A DNA stretch of 62,000 nt. Origin: Squalus acanthias (taxonomy: Eukaryota). Made by a program: the position numbers and the translations under genes. The stretch is from NCBI GenBank assembly GCA_030390025.1, contig JASTWF010000036.1, positions 2,356,001 to 2,418,000 on the forward strand, written 5' to 3'. Below the pieces are notes generated by a model, which was not told the origin of the DNA, made no database searches, and saw only the letters and a program-made list of their open reading frames with translations. Below are positions 23,831-37,655 of the stretch, piece after piece. How positions within the stretch are numbered: the stretch's first letter is position 1; every line of letters begins with the position of its first letter.

Positions 23831-25139
23831 AGGGGATGAGAAAAGAATGAGGGATTGACATACACTGTTAGATGGGGTGGGTACAGAGGGAAAATGGAAT
23901 ATATTCGGAAACCTGATTAGGGGACTGCAAAGCAAGTAAAAAGGACAGTTTGGGAAGTAGGAAATCAATATGGAAACAAGATGAGTAATGTAGGGGAAAA
24001 GGGATAACAACACCACACAGGAGCGCTAAATGGAAAGATTTACCTTAAATTACAAAACTAGAGATATCATTAAAGATAGGGTTAAGTATAGGAAGACGAT
24101 AAAGGAGATGAAGAAATTGATTAGGAGAGCCAAAATTAGGAGTGCAGCATTAAAAGCCCAATTAGCATCATTTTCCACCAAACCCACCATTGCACCAATT
24201 TCAGGCCCAATATCGTTGGATATGATCATGGAACGGTACAGGACTCAAATGGTCACAGAACCTACAAGGGGGAGCAATACAAGACTTATAGTCACCAGGA
24301 CTATAGATATATTTAGGAGAAAACATATGATGAAAGGAAACAGTTGAACCTTTGGAAGATCCCAGGGGGACACAATAACAGATGATCAAGGAATGGCAGA
24401 TGTCCTTCATGACCAGGATAACCAGAGAACTATAGGCCTGAGAGCTTGGCATCAGTAGTGGATATAATAAGGGGAGGCAATGGGAGCAAGGGCATGGTGG
24501 AAGGGGAAGGGATAGGAGAGGTGTTGAGAATGGCTAGGTAAGGGAAAGCTGGAAGATGGTCAAGAACAGGAGTGGATTGGTGGTGAGGGGATGGAGTGTG
24601 AAGGTCCAGGTGAGGGAGGGTGAAGGCAAGGTGGTGGTGGGAAGGAGATATGGAATGTGGGGCTGCAGGAGCAGATCTCACGCAAGGGAGCTCCAGTGTT
24701 ACCTCCTCTGCATTCCTTTCTGCTCTTGCCTTGCTCCCTGGCCAGACCCCTCACCCACCCACATCCCGAAAGCTGCCTGCTTCCCTGGTCTCCTTTCTCA
24801 TCTATGAGCGAAAATCAGGCCTGTGGGTGGGGCAACCCATCAGCCTATGACGTGGCATTTCAAAGCAAGCCCACAGCCCTGGCCAGAATCCTCCCTCCAT
24901 CCAGGCTGCCTGCCTGGGACCCACCAACCTGCAGCCATGGCCAGATCCCTCCTATGACTGGGACCACGCACCTCACACCCATGACTGGAATATGTGGCCT
25001 GTGGCCCACCATTGCTCCTCTACCCACCATGCCACCCACCACCACCTCCTACCTGAAAAGAGGAAAAAGAAAATGGAGAGAGAGAAGCAACAGCACACAG
25101 GTAACAGAGACAGGTAAGAAGCAGACTGCATGCTTCAAC

Positions 25140-25625
25140 CTACCGTAAGTAATGGCATGATATATCCATCAGTATATATAGTGAGAAGTTGGAGCCCCAG
25201 CACTAATCCCTATGGGAGTCCACTTGCCACTGCCCACCAATCTGAGATGTAATCCCAGCTCGGGCTCCCACCTTCCAACCACTTTCCTATCCGTGCTATG
25301 AGGCCATCTCCAATTCCATGCACAGCAATCATCCCTTGTGCTGAATCTCTTCAGGTACCTTCTGAAAATCCACGTTTCCAACATCCATTAATCACCTCAG
25401 TGCCTCTCTCAAAGATCCCTGTTGGGTTAGTTAGAAATGACCTTCCTTTCATGAAACTATGTTGACTCTCCCTACTCATCTCATTCCTTTCCAAGTGCTT
25501 ACTTGCTCTGTCCCTGATGATGGATTCTAGCAATTTTCCCACTACTGTTAAACTCACTGACCTGTAGTAACTTTCTTTGTCTTTTTCTTTTTGAATAAAG
25601 GTGCAACATTGACTGCCTTCACCAA
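25140..25625 (-). mobile_element. Degenerate CR1 RT fragment
   Basis: SLTVVGKLLESIIRD...ESQHSFMKGRSFLTN resembles ORF2 at about 11680-11810. Confidence 0.75.
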
Positions 25626-25875
25626 ATCTAGCAAGCGTTGGATGATTATAACCCCAGTTCCCCAGCTAATTTTCTTTTAACTCCCTTACAGGGTGGGAAC
25701 GGTCTGGACTTCAGCATTTGTCTGGCTTCACTCCTGTTATTTTATCCATTACAGTGTTCAGCAGCAACCTCATTGCACCATGGTTGGAGCTTGTACCATA
25801 GCTGGAGCAGCAGAAACACATTTATAGCACGACTTGGTTGGGCTATTGCTCCACCCTGGGGCAGTAAAGAAAAAA

Positions 25876-26620
25876 GGCAATGACTATCTCCAACAAGCGA
25901 GAGTCTAACCACTGCCCCTTGATATTCAATGGCATTACCATTGCCGAATCCCCCACCATCAACATCCTGGGGGTCACCATTGACCAGAAACTTAACTGGA
26001 CCAGCCACATAAATAATGTGGCAACAAGAGCAGGTCAGAGGCTGGGTATTCTATGGCGAGTGTCTCACCTCCTGACTCCCCAAAGCCTTTCCACCATCTA
26101 CAAGGCACAAGTAAGGAGTATGATGGAATACTTTCCACTTGCCTGGATGAGTGCAGCTCCAACAACACTCAAGAAGCTCGACACCATCCAGGACAAAGCA
26201 GCCTGCTTGATTGGCACCCCATCCACCACCTTAAACATTCACTCCCTCCACCACCAGCGCACCGTGGCTGCAGTGTGTACCATCTACAAGATGCACTGCA
26301 GCAACTCACCAAGGCTTCTTCAACAGCACCTCCCAAACCCGCGACCTCTTCCACCTGGAAGGACAAGGGCAGCAGGCGCATGGGAACACCACCACCTCCA
26401 AGTTCCCCTCCAAGTCACACACCATCCTGACTTAGAAGTATATCGCCGATCCTCGCTGGGTCAAAATCCTGGAACTCCCTCCCTAACAGCACTGTGGGAG
26501 TACCTTCACCACACGGACTGCAGCGGTTCAAGAAGGGGGCGCACCACCACCTTCTCAAGGGCAATTAGGGATGGGCAATAAATGCTGGCCTTGCCAGTGA
26601 CGCCCACACCCCATAAAAAA
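25876..26620 (+). mobile_element. Non-LTR retrotransposon (CR1/L2 group) 3' fragment
   Basis: ILGVTIDQKLNWTSHI...IYKAQVRSMMEY post-RT region with an A-rich tail. Near-identical to 58745-59278. Confidence 0.85.
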
Positions 26621-26624
26621 CAAA

Positions 26625-27032
26625 TCACTTTTTTTTTACATAGAGACTTATTCGAGACATCTCACAGCACTTCACTTTAGAATGACTTTAAAATGCAGGG
26701 ACTGTTGTCATGTAAGCACACAGCAAGATCCCACAAAGAGCCAAGTTATGAATGACCAGTTAATCTATTTTTTGATGATGTTAGTTGAGGGGGGAGTTTT
26801 GGCTCAGACACCAGGAGAACCCCCGGTTCCTGGTTGATTCATGGCCTGAAATATCAGCCTTGAATAGAGACACACATCTCAGTTTAACATCTAAAGGGCA
26901 GCAATTTGAACAATGCAGCACTCCCTCAGTGCTGCACTGAATCGTCAGGCTAGATTCTGTGCTCAAGTCCTGAAATGGGACTTGAACCCTCAACCTTCTG
27001 ACTTAGAGGGGAAAGTGTTACCTACTAAGTCA
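26625..27032 (-). mobile_element. Diverged SacSINE1-like SINE
   Basis: Homologous to 2824-3279. Confidence 0.7.
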
Positions 27033-27334
27033 CAGAAATCTGATGTTACATCCCTGTCCAGCAGAATGTAAAAACAACACTGATTGTGAGGTAACTTTTC
27101 TATCTTATGTTGACCTCCTGCCTATAATCCATCCTCCATCTCAATCAATAATGTGCTAATATGAGAAGCATTTCTGCTGTCTCACTGTGTTATGTCTTGC
27201 TGCCATGGCAGCTTATTTTTAGCAACAATATTATTCAATGATGTCCAAAAAAACAAATTGTACGTGAGCAGCATAATAACATTGATGCTGATTGTATGTT
27301 CTTGTTTTATTGCTAAAATATTTTCCCTCTGAGG

Positions 27335-27670
27335 AGGCGATATTCAAGAAAGGAGGGAGAGAGAAAACGGGGAATTACAGACCAGTTAGCCTGACATCAG
27401 TAGTAGGAAAATGCTAGAATCTATTATTAGGGACATGGTAACAGGGCACTTAGAAAATAATAATAGGATTGGGCAGAGTCAACATGGATTTATGAAAAGG
27501 AAATCGTGTTTGACAAGAGATCGGTAAATTTTTGGATACTAAGGGAACCAAGGGATATGGGGATACTGCAGGAAAGTGGGGTTGAGGTCGATGATCAGCC
27601 ATGATCTTATTGAATGGCGGAGCAGGCTCGAGGGGCAGAATGGCCTACTCCTGCTCCTATTTCTTATGAT
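27335..27670 (+). mobile_element. CR1 fragment with a large internal deletion (RT start joined to the 3' end)
   Basis: GNYRPVSLTSVV...QHGFMKRKSCLT jumps at about 27516 to the CR1 3' UTR and TTCTTATG tail. Confidence 0.8.
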
Positions 27671-27807
27671 ATCATATGTGTGCTATAAAAGACAGCAAAT
27701 GCTATAATAAGGCCTTAATCCAATTGAAGGGATTCAAATTATATCAAAAACTGTCAGTTTAGGTGCACCATTTGAATCTGAAAATCAAAATCATGTTTTC
27801 ATTCGAC

Positions 27808-28610
27808 TTAGAATCATACGATGATACAGCACAGAAGGAGGCCATTCGGCCCATCGTGTCTGTGCCAGCTCTTTGAAAGAGTGATCCAGTTAGTCCCATT
27901 CCCCTGCCCTTTCCCCATAGCACTGCAATTTTTTCCCTGCAAATATTTATCCAATTCCCTTTTGAAATTTATTATGGAATCTGCTTCACTCACCCTTTCA
28001 GGCAGCGCATTCCAGATCCTAACAACTCGTTGTGTAAAACACATTCTCCTCATCTCCCCTCTGGTTCTTTTGTCAATTACCTTAAATCTGTGTCCTCTAG
28101 TTACTGACCCTTCTGCCACTAGAAACAGTTTCTCGTTATTTACTCTTATCAAAACCCCTCATGATTTTGAACACCCCTATTAAATCTCCCCTTCACCTTC
28201 TCTGCTCTAAGGAGAACAATCCCAGCTTCTCCAGTCTCTCCACATCACTGAAGTCCCTCATCCCTGGTACCATTCTGGTCAATCTTCCCTTCACCTTCTC
28301 TGCTCTAAGGAGAACAATCCCAGCTTCTCCAGTCTCTCCACATCACTGAAGTCCCTCATCCCTGGAACCATTCTGGTCAATCTCCCCTTAACCTTCTCTG
28401 CTCTAAGGAGAACAATCCCAGCTTCTCCAGTCTCTCCACATCACTGAAGTCCCTCATCCCTGGAACCATTCTGGTCAATCTCCTCTGCACCCTCTCCAAG
28501 GCCTTGACAACCTTCCTAAAGTGCGGTGCCCAGAATTGTACACAATACTCCAGCTGGGGACTAACCAGTGATTTATAAAGGTTTAGCATAACTTCCTTGC
28601 TTTTGTACTT
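27808..28610 (-). mobile_element. CR1 3' fragment containing a 98-bp triplication
   Basis: LYKSLVSPQLEYCVQFWAPH...TRGH...FTQRVVRIWNALP. Confidence 0.88.
28183..28476. repeat. Tandem repeat, 3 x 98 bp
   Basis: Near-identical units start at 28183, 28281 and 28379; AATCTCC recurs at 28477. Confidence 0.92.
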
Positions 28611-31600
28611 ATGTGTACCTAATTGGTATTCTCAGCAGTGGAATAGCCTGTGTCCTTGATTTAAAAAGTTTCCAATGCTATTTGAATATAAGAACTATTT
28701 TTAATTGAGAAACTGAGGTGAAGGATCAGGCCTATAGTGCAGGACACCACAAAGGTTGAAGAGAATAGGAAAGAAGATTAAATAAATTAAGAAACATTGG
28801 TTAGCTGATGTCAAGTTTGGGTTCCAAAGAAGAGATTTTCTACTTTGGCATTCCTGGCGCAGAACTGTGTGAATGGGAGCATCTATCAAGAAACTGTCCA
28901 CCCCTAGCCTGTGATGCACAGTTTCCTGATACGTTCTCCCAGTGGGCACGGTTCTGCACTGGGAGCAGAGAAGTGAAAAATCTCCCCTTAAAGGTCTGTA
29001 AATTATAAGAGGAAGGCAAGACTGTGGGAGATAATGAACAACACAGTTTTTAGGTTCTAGGAAAGAATGCGTTAACGTATAAAACAGTGCAGTAAGTCTT
29101 GATTTCAAATGCATGGAGAAGAAAGAGCTTAGGAGGAACAAGAGAAATCTTCAGAGCAGCAATGACCACGGTAGCAGCAATAAAATAGAGAAAGACGGCA
29201 GGAGTATGTGGGCGATCCTATTGAGTAGTGTTCCAAGTCTCAGGCAGACCTTGGCTTTAGAGAGAGTTAAGGATCGTGGTGGTGGTGGGGCAGGGGGTGG
29301 GTTAGATCGCAACAGGGGAGGCCTAAGATTTTGTTCTGGGGCCCGAGTGAGGAAATTTTAAAACAATTCAAACTTACCTTTAAGGGCCCTCTTATGGCCC
29401 CGATCCACTCCGTTTCGCGCTTGGGTCTCCGAGTAAATATTGCAGTCAGGTCCCGATGATGTTATGGGGATCCAGCGTGCATATGCTAAAAAGGACCTCA
29501 CCAGCTTTGGGCGGGTGTCCTTACCACCTGCGGTGAAAATCCCCGGTCAGCTCCCGGCGGCTCCAGGGTGGGTACGTGACCTGTGTCCAAAGTGTCTGGC
29601 ACAACACAGGAAACCATGCTTCTCACAGGTAACATTATCAGCACAGAGGATGTGGGAGTTTAGTTAAGATCAGAGGCCATAAATGTTAATAGCTGAAAAA
29701 GGAACAAGGGTGGGAAATGCCTCATGAGGCAGAATGTCAAAGGACCAAAGATGTATTAAAATATATTAAACACACGCCTATTCCTACGTTTTATAATTCA
29801 ACAGCCTGAAAGTGGTCATTTTGTGCAGTATTCTAGATTAAATACACATTCTCTCCCTCAGCCCCCAGACTTTGGTTACAGTGGGGATCTTAATCCCTTG
29901 TGAGCTAAATTAGACTTAATATCATTTCAACATATATACCAAACCAAGATTCTAACATGGCACAATAGTCCGAAATGTGACAGAGGGTCATCACAGTCAA
30001 GCTTCATCCTGTCCTGATCTGACATTCACACATACTTCCAGCATGAGATGTTGGCGAGCCAACAAAAGTGAGAACCTCGACCAATTTTCCCATGCCCGAG
30101 GCCAATTCTAACACCCCTACTATTATCCTGGTCACCTAATTTAGAGCAGAAAGGGAATCAAACCTGGAACCTTCTGTGTCTGTGTGGCTGTGCTGCCCAT
30201 TGGATAAGCTTCGCTGAGTCACTTAAACTGTGTTTATTTCTTTTTAAGAGGTTTTCCTGGTGATGTCTTCAGATCTCTTAGACTAGGTTTTTTGACATCT
30301 ATTTCTTCATAAAGATAATTTTCTTCACAGGAATGATCTACCATCATGTGAAGGAACTCAAAAAAATTTCAATATACAACAAAGGCATGTTATTTTATTG
30401 AAGTCCCAACACTTAACAGTTCTAAAACATCTCTTATCCCTGAATTGAAATCTCTAATTCCTCTATGCACCTTTACCAATGTAATAATGTACACACAAGT
30501 AAAGACTTTGCCTAATCAGTTCTGATTTTAGAACTGTAAAGTAAATAAAAGAGTTTAAACTAGAATATATACTTGATACAATGGCATAGCACAATTGGAA
30601 CTAAAAAGAGTATTCCCTGCAGCCAATGCACAGCAGTTCAGCAACGTGACTCATGGGATAGAAATCTAGTTTGCAGTGGCTGGGAAATGTTACTAAAAAG
30701 GTTGTATATCACTAAGACGTTTGAAAGGCTGTAAGCTAAACCAAATAAACTGTCTAAAAATAATGTGGGTTACATTTACAACCTCTCAAAGATAATACTG
30801 TCAATGTAAGTTTTATACAGACTGACATCTTGGTATCTATGGCCCTGTAGTCTCCTATAAACCACAATCTACAACAAGCAGTTCACGTCTCTCTCACCAA
30901 GTCAGAAAACACATCAAATGCTGGCTGCACAACATGCTTTGCTCCACACATATTTTTCGTATGAATCTCGGGGACAGCATTAGGGAGATAAACAGCCGTA
31001 TATTTTCACTACACTCCTAATCTTTTTAACTTTTCTTCCCCATAACTACGTAAGTAGTGCACAAGGACCGGATAGCCAATCGGCAGCCCATTTCACACCA
31101 TGCCCTACTTTCTTTCCCATTGACTTCAATTGCGAGCTGCCGATTCGCTATCAGCCCTTTTTGAGCTGCTGGTGTTGACCAATTTCACCCCCAATGTCTC
31201 TGCAAAACCTCCTTTAGTCTCGACAATAGGCATAACATGTCACAGACGCTTCCATGTCCCTTGGCAATTCCACTTCTTGATTCACACACTTGTGGTATGG
31301 CAAGACCAGTAATGACGATTTTGCACTCCCTAAAAGCGGGAGGCATTAGTGTTATGAGATTTTGTGCCTAGTGGCCCAATCATGAACTAATAAAGCTTGC
31401 ACTACCTGTAACAGACACCTCCAGGACTCCATTCTGAAACCACCTGCATCTGTAACATAGTTATATTTTAAAATAGTAAATAATGGGCTCCACCAACATT
31501 GGGATTTATAGATATCCATAAAAAAATCTACCAAATATACTTCACCTTTTCAGTAATTGTGATCCCCCTTGCCCAAGTGATAGCCTACTTTATTTTAACT

Positions 31601-32660
31601 TCTTGGATCAACAACATGCTTTTCTTTCCAAATTCAAGCTGGGTTGAAGATGTTTTTGACAGTAATGCAAAGAAACTGCACTGTTTGAAGTCACTCTCAT
31701 GACTGGACAGGAACAGAGTTTCAACGGTTGTCGTCCTTACTTGTGTAAAAGACGACACATAATAAGCAAATCAGAACACACAACCATGGGGACTGGAGGA
31801 ATAAGGGAGAGAAAGAAGGAAGTTGAAACAAAAGAAATAGTAGATTGAGATGGAATGAAAGACAATGCACAAGATATAACAAAGTTGACCAACTGAAAAA
31901 AAAAAGTAAGGATACTGAAAGACAACTTTGCTCGAATTAGAACTGTGAACAAGATGACGGATTCTTCACAATAGGGTTACATATGGTACCCATTGGACAA
32001 AGCTCCTCAATGAAGCCAGAAGTTGTTGGTGGCAGCTTCTGGTTTTCACACACAAGGAGGAAGCCCCAACGACAATGACCTTTCATACTACCTGCATGAT
32101 AAGCAGATAGGAATTGTCCTTTAGGGAAAAGCAGAAATGCATAATGAACAAAAGAAAGGAAACATGAAGGTTAATGAATTAGATCAGAGAGAAAAGATGG
32201 AATTAAAACAAAGGATATTGTTTGCTCACCTGCAAAAGTTTCTTTAGAGTTCTCATCTCTCATGATCCAAAGACCCTTCACCAAGACTTTAAGACAGGAA
32301 GACCAAAGCTAAGAGGTAGTTACATCATGAAACTCCAGAACCCATCAGTATAAGGCCCAGCAGCACTTCTGGTCACCAGTCTGAGAGGCTTCCAAAGCAG
32401 TGAGCAACCACTGCAGGAATGATTTAAACTTGTGAAATGTGGAACCGTTGAGTCAAAGCACAACCAATAGGAACCTCATAGAACTGACGGAAAAACCTTC
32501 ATTCAAACATGGATTCTGACTTAATGTCCTATAAAGACAGAACAAAATAAAGAGGAAAAAAAACAGAAGTGTGAGGCTTTGCTTCCCCTCAACCATCCAA
32601 ATATATTCCACTAATTTACCCTGAATCCCAGAGATGCTGAGAAGGGCCTAGTGAGATAAT

Positions 32661-34040
32661 GGGCTGAATTTTCCAGGGTGGTAGCGGGCGAGATCAGTGG
32701 CGATCGGGTGGGAAAGTTGTTACTTTTGACAGCGGGCCAGGAACCTGCTGAGATCTCGCTCCCACGCGCCTTTCCCACAGGCGCGTCTGTCATCGACCAG
32801 CAGGGGACCCAATTAAGATCATTATCAAGTAGTTGACAGGCACTTAAGAGCCTTTTTTCACTTACTTTTTAAATTTCCCTGCATGGCCACGGGATTCACG
32901 CAGCTCGGAAACCACATCTGTCAACCTGAGGCATGAGTTCTGTGGCCATTGCTCCAGCTGATTACTTGACAGCATGGAAAACAAACCAAAATAAAAACAT
33001 GTTGAATACATCAGCTAACAGATTGATGGAGATTCTGTTCTACTTGAAAAGCTACTGGTAAATGTTAATTCAGAAATTCCTGAAGGGATGTAAGTGCTAC
33101 CCTGGATGGTGAGGGAAATACATTTTTCACTGGCCATTCTCGGCTGTTGCCTTCCAACTCAACAGTAATTTCAGTGAATTGATCTGCACTATAAAAAATG
33201 ACGTACCATTTAAATAAATGTTTGTGTTGTTTCTGGTCAGGTTTTTCTCACATTATACTGTGATTGTCCAGTTACAGATTAAATCAAGTCATCAACCATA
33301 ACAATTTCATTCTCATTGCTCATTCCACTAGTTCAATTTGCTTTCAGTCCCTGAATATAACTAATTTAATTTTTCAGTCTGAGACTTTAGGGTGAATTTC
33401 TGCGGAGGTTCTCTCACTTTTCCATTGGTAACTTCAACAGAAGAGCTGTAGAAATCCCAGAAACACATTGTAAGCACCACTTACACTGTTTGTCAGGGAT
33501 TCCGCAGCTCTTCCGCTGAACTTGCATAAGATTGTAAATCCACTCCTTTGCAATTACATGTAAAATCTGCTTAATTTTATGTATTACCTATACACACACA
33601 TCTTTTATTTGTACCAGTTACTGATACAAAAGTCTATAGATTTGTGACTAAAGCACCGATAACTTCCCAATTAATGTACTTTTTAAATTATGTTCTTGAT
33701 CGTATTTGTAGATGGCATATTACTTAATATTATTTAAATATTTCTGTGTCACTCATATAACTTTTATTATATTATTGTAGAGTAAAGTTTCAACACCCAC
33801 TATGTTAGATTAAACTTAAAATTTAATGTGGCCAGGGTCCCTTTAAGGATCCCGGCTTAAAACGCATCATGAGTGACGTCACCAGACCCACTCCATCTAA
33901 TTGGGCCAGGTAACGTGCTATGCGGGCTTTATAGGCCCCATTAAGGCAAGTTCATTTTCTACAGCGGCATGGAGCCAGCAGTGGGGTCGCGACCCGCCAT
34001 GGACACTGGCCTCACCGGACCCGCCAAGAAAATTCTGGCC
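32661..34040. mobile_element. Probable old Harbinger-type non-autonomous element
   Basis: Termini GGGCTGAATTTT and GGCCAGAATTTT (rc). GC-rich ends with an AT-rich interior. Confidence 0.4.
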
Positions 34041-34399
34041 AAAGTATTCCAAATGGAGACTGGGAGGGTGCTGACCTGAATCAGCAATGACAGGAGCTCT
34101 CATGACAAAACCACATTTTCCCAAGTGAATGAGAACATGCCCTTTATGATATACCTCATTCCTAACCATAAATCATTCATCGTGGCAAAACTCTGATGAG
34201 CGATAAATAATCATCCTAATCTTATAGAATTACTTAGCTGATCTTTCCTGTTGTTACTCACAGATTGTCTGGGGTCTGGAGCGAAGGTGAAGCTATGTTT
34301 AACCTGGCCTGTCCCTTTAAGGCCACTGCTCGGGTACACCATGGTCTAAGTGATCACACTGGGGAGAGACCAGGTTATCAGGGTCAGAAAAAAACAATA

Positions 34400-36070
34400 G
34401 GAAGAAAGAAAAAGTCAAGGACAAAAAAGGGCCTTTTTTGCCCATCAAACTCATCCCTCTAATATTTCAACTCATCCAGTCCAGCATCTAACTGCATCTG
34501 CAAATCTCATTATTTCTTTGATTTTACTACCTTACCCGATAGATCATTACAAACATTAATCACTCTTTAAGTAAAGACATTTTTTTTCTAAGATCTATTC
34601 TAAATTTACTTTTCACTGATTTACATTTGTGCCTCTTGTTCTATTAGCTTGACTGACCTTAAAGTAATATTCTGGGTTCCCCTTATATAATACATTTAAT
34701 ACTTGACACACACTTCAATGACATTATCCTTTAACCTTGCTCTGGATGTAGAGTTCAAGCTTCTCTAATATTTCCGCATAGATTTACATTTGGGACAATT
34801 CTCTGCACCCTCTTCAATACATGCATGTGCCTTTTGAAGTGTGATGACCAGAACTATAGTGTGGTCTGACCAGTGTATTATAAACCCCAGTATAACCTCG
34901 GTACATTTACACATTACCGTTCTGGCTAGGTACCCCAGCAAAATATTTGCTTTATTAATTTCTCCTCCACATTATTATGACAGGTTCACTGTCACCCCCC
35001 AAGTCCCTCTCCAAGTCTCCCGGTGCTACTCCTATTTCCTTCATTGTCTATGTTGTTCATTCTTTATGCCAATGTGTGATACTTTGAATTTGTCAGTATT
35101 AAATTTTACTTATTCAGGTATTACTGTACTAGTTCTCTTCCAACCTATTCAGGATAGTTTCCATTAATTACCTAGTATTCATGTAAGGTTAATGGACCTG
35201 TGGTTACCTGGGTCAGAATTGTCTCCCCCTTTTAAATATAGGAACTACTTTTGCTGTTTCCAACCCTGTTAAATCTTTCCCGTACTCAATGAATCTTTCA
35301 CGACTACAGCCAGTTCCCCAGAAGCTTCCTCCTTACTCTTCTTAAGTACTCTAGGATATACATCATTTGGCTCAGGGGATTTCTTAGTCTTCAGTCCTTT
35401 TATCTTGTCCTCATCAATTTCAAAATATTCCATGGTGTTTGCTGGAGCACAATAATTGTAGAGTCAGTCAGTATTTTCCTCCCTGATGAAGATTTCCAGA
35501 AAATATCATTAAGTAATTCAGCTATTTTCCTGTCAGGTTTGATTATTCCACCACTTTCACATTCTAAAGATGTAACTTCCTCCCTACAGCCACTCCTTTA
35601 CTATTATGATCCTGAAAAAAATATTGTCCCGTCTGAAAGACCTCTGATAATGCTATATTTCTCTCCAGTGTTCTGCTTGCACCCGAATATCTTTTTATAA
35701 AAACCTGATATCATACCTCTGTTCTGGTTCTTCCTGGCACGGTAATCATCAGATTACCTCAAATTTGATGATATTATGGGCAATCATCTCCAGAAGTTCC
35801 ATTACATCCAAACTGCAGATTCTCTCTTGATTGCCTGCAAGTACTAAGTCTAGATGTGAATTTTCCCTGGTGAAGCAGACTTATACCACATTTACTAATT
35901 CAGATTCTGTCACCACACTTCCACTTGGGCATTCCCAATTAATATTAGGTTGGTTGAAGTCACCCATTATTACAACATTGTTAACTGTACAAACTCTTCT
36001 AATCTGGTCATACAAGATCCTGTCATCTTCCTTTACTTTCCCTGGGGAGCGGTATCAGACACTAATTGAT
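34400..36070 (-). mobile_element. Old degenerate CR1 LINE (3' end, RT and endonuclease remnants)
   Basis: Minus-strand remnants of NYRSINLT, SPEPNDVYPRVLK and IMGDFNQPNINW. Confidence 0.65.
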
Positions 36071-37491
36071 AATCCAAACCTCTGCCATTTTTTGGCTCCA
36101 GCCAGACTATTTCAATTTTTCCCTTGCACTGGTATAGTCAACTTGCCACGCGGGTGTAAAACCTGCATTGTGGATTGGCTGCCCATTCTAGAAAGCGCCC
36201 GATATTCATTTCAATTGAAATCTGCACCTGAATCTATGGAACTTGAGCCGTCCTCAGAAAATTGGGTGCAAACAGCATAGTTCCATTTGAGTCAGTGTAA
36301 AACCCGCCATTAGCATTTCAGGTCTAAACTGTGCCCATATTAGAAAATCCAGTCTAATGTGTCTACACTCACTTTTGAGTATCTCGGACTCCTTCCTCCC
36401 CGTCATTTATTCTTTCACAGACAACCACCACCAGTCTTCTCCTGTTCCCTTCACCCATCCATCTACCTTGTCCTCTAGGTCCTCAATTTTGGCATATCAC
36501 TGGCTTATTTGCTTTATCCTTAGCACAGAAGAAACTATCTATAAATCTCGCCATGGAGTCCTCTGCCACTATTACCTCCTTGTTCTCCCCACCATTCTTG
36601 CCCTAGTTCCACTACACTGTTTAGGTTCCTTCTCACTTCCTCATTTCTTTTCCTATGTATCTCTCCTTGTGCTTGAAAACGATTACTTTTATTTCCTGTT
36701 TTTAATGACTTGCTTTCTTTAGCTTTAAAAAAAAAATACTTTTAACACATTGAAGGGCGCTGTCTCAAATGTGATGGATACCACTAAATGCAAGACATTT
36801 CTATATATGATAGGATCTACATTGAAAGTTACAAGCCCAGCTATACATCCATAAGACACAATGGTCATCAGAAAAGAGACTTCTAAATTGAGCTATTTAG
36901 TATCTACAGAAATGGCAAGTTTAAGACTACATAGAAATTGGCTCTATTTAGGACTGTTTTGTCTGTGTGGCCCTTCCAACTTGACCCTTGAAACCTGAGG
37001 GTACCTAGTAAGAGGCCCCCCCCGCAAATCCCTCTGCTGGAAAACACTGAGCAAGACCCACAGAGACTTGAACATGATATAGACTTAACCACTCACAGCT
37101 TTGGGTGAAACTATTCCAAATTCTTGAGTAAATGGAGGAGGAGGAGGTCAGACCTTTGAGAGAAACCATATCTGGATTACCTCTTCAGAGCAACCACTGG
37201 CTTGGCAACATGTCCACCTGAGCAGCCAAACCAAGTTTACCTTGATTGGATCCTGGTGGAGAGAGACATAGAGATCAGTGAATGGCTAGTTGTTTCAAGG
37301 TGAGTTATCAAGAATTTCTTTCCTACAAGTAACTGATTAGCATTACCATGGCATGGGCCATACACTTCTAGAAGACAGAGGAAGTGGGTAGAACACATGG
37401 AGAGTACTCATTTTAATGGAATTGGACAGAATCAAAGATCCAGGTACAGGTAGAGTGAGACTGTGTGTAAAAAAAGCTTTGCATGTGGTGA

Positions 37492-37583
37492 AGAGAGAGA
37501 GAGAGAGAGAGCGCGCGAGAGAGAGACACACACACACACAGAGAGCGAGAGAGAGACACACACACACACAGAGCGAGAGAGAG

Positions 37584-37650
<67 letters not shown>
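37492..37650. repeat. Compound (GA)n/(CA)n microsatellite
   Basis: Seen directly in the sequence. Confidence 0.95.

Positions 37651-37655
<5 letters not shown>

Noticed and set aside
28183..28476. CRISPR-like array
   Set aside because: Contiguous tandem units without unique spacers, in eukaryotic LINE sequence.
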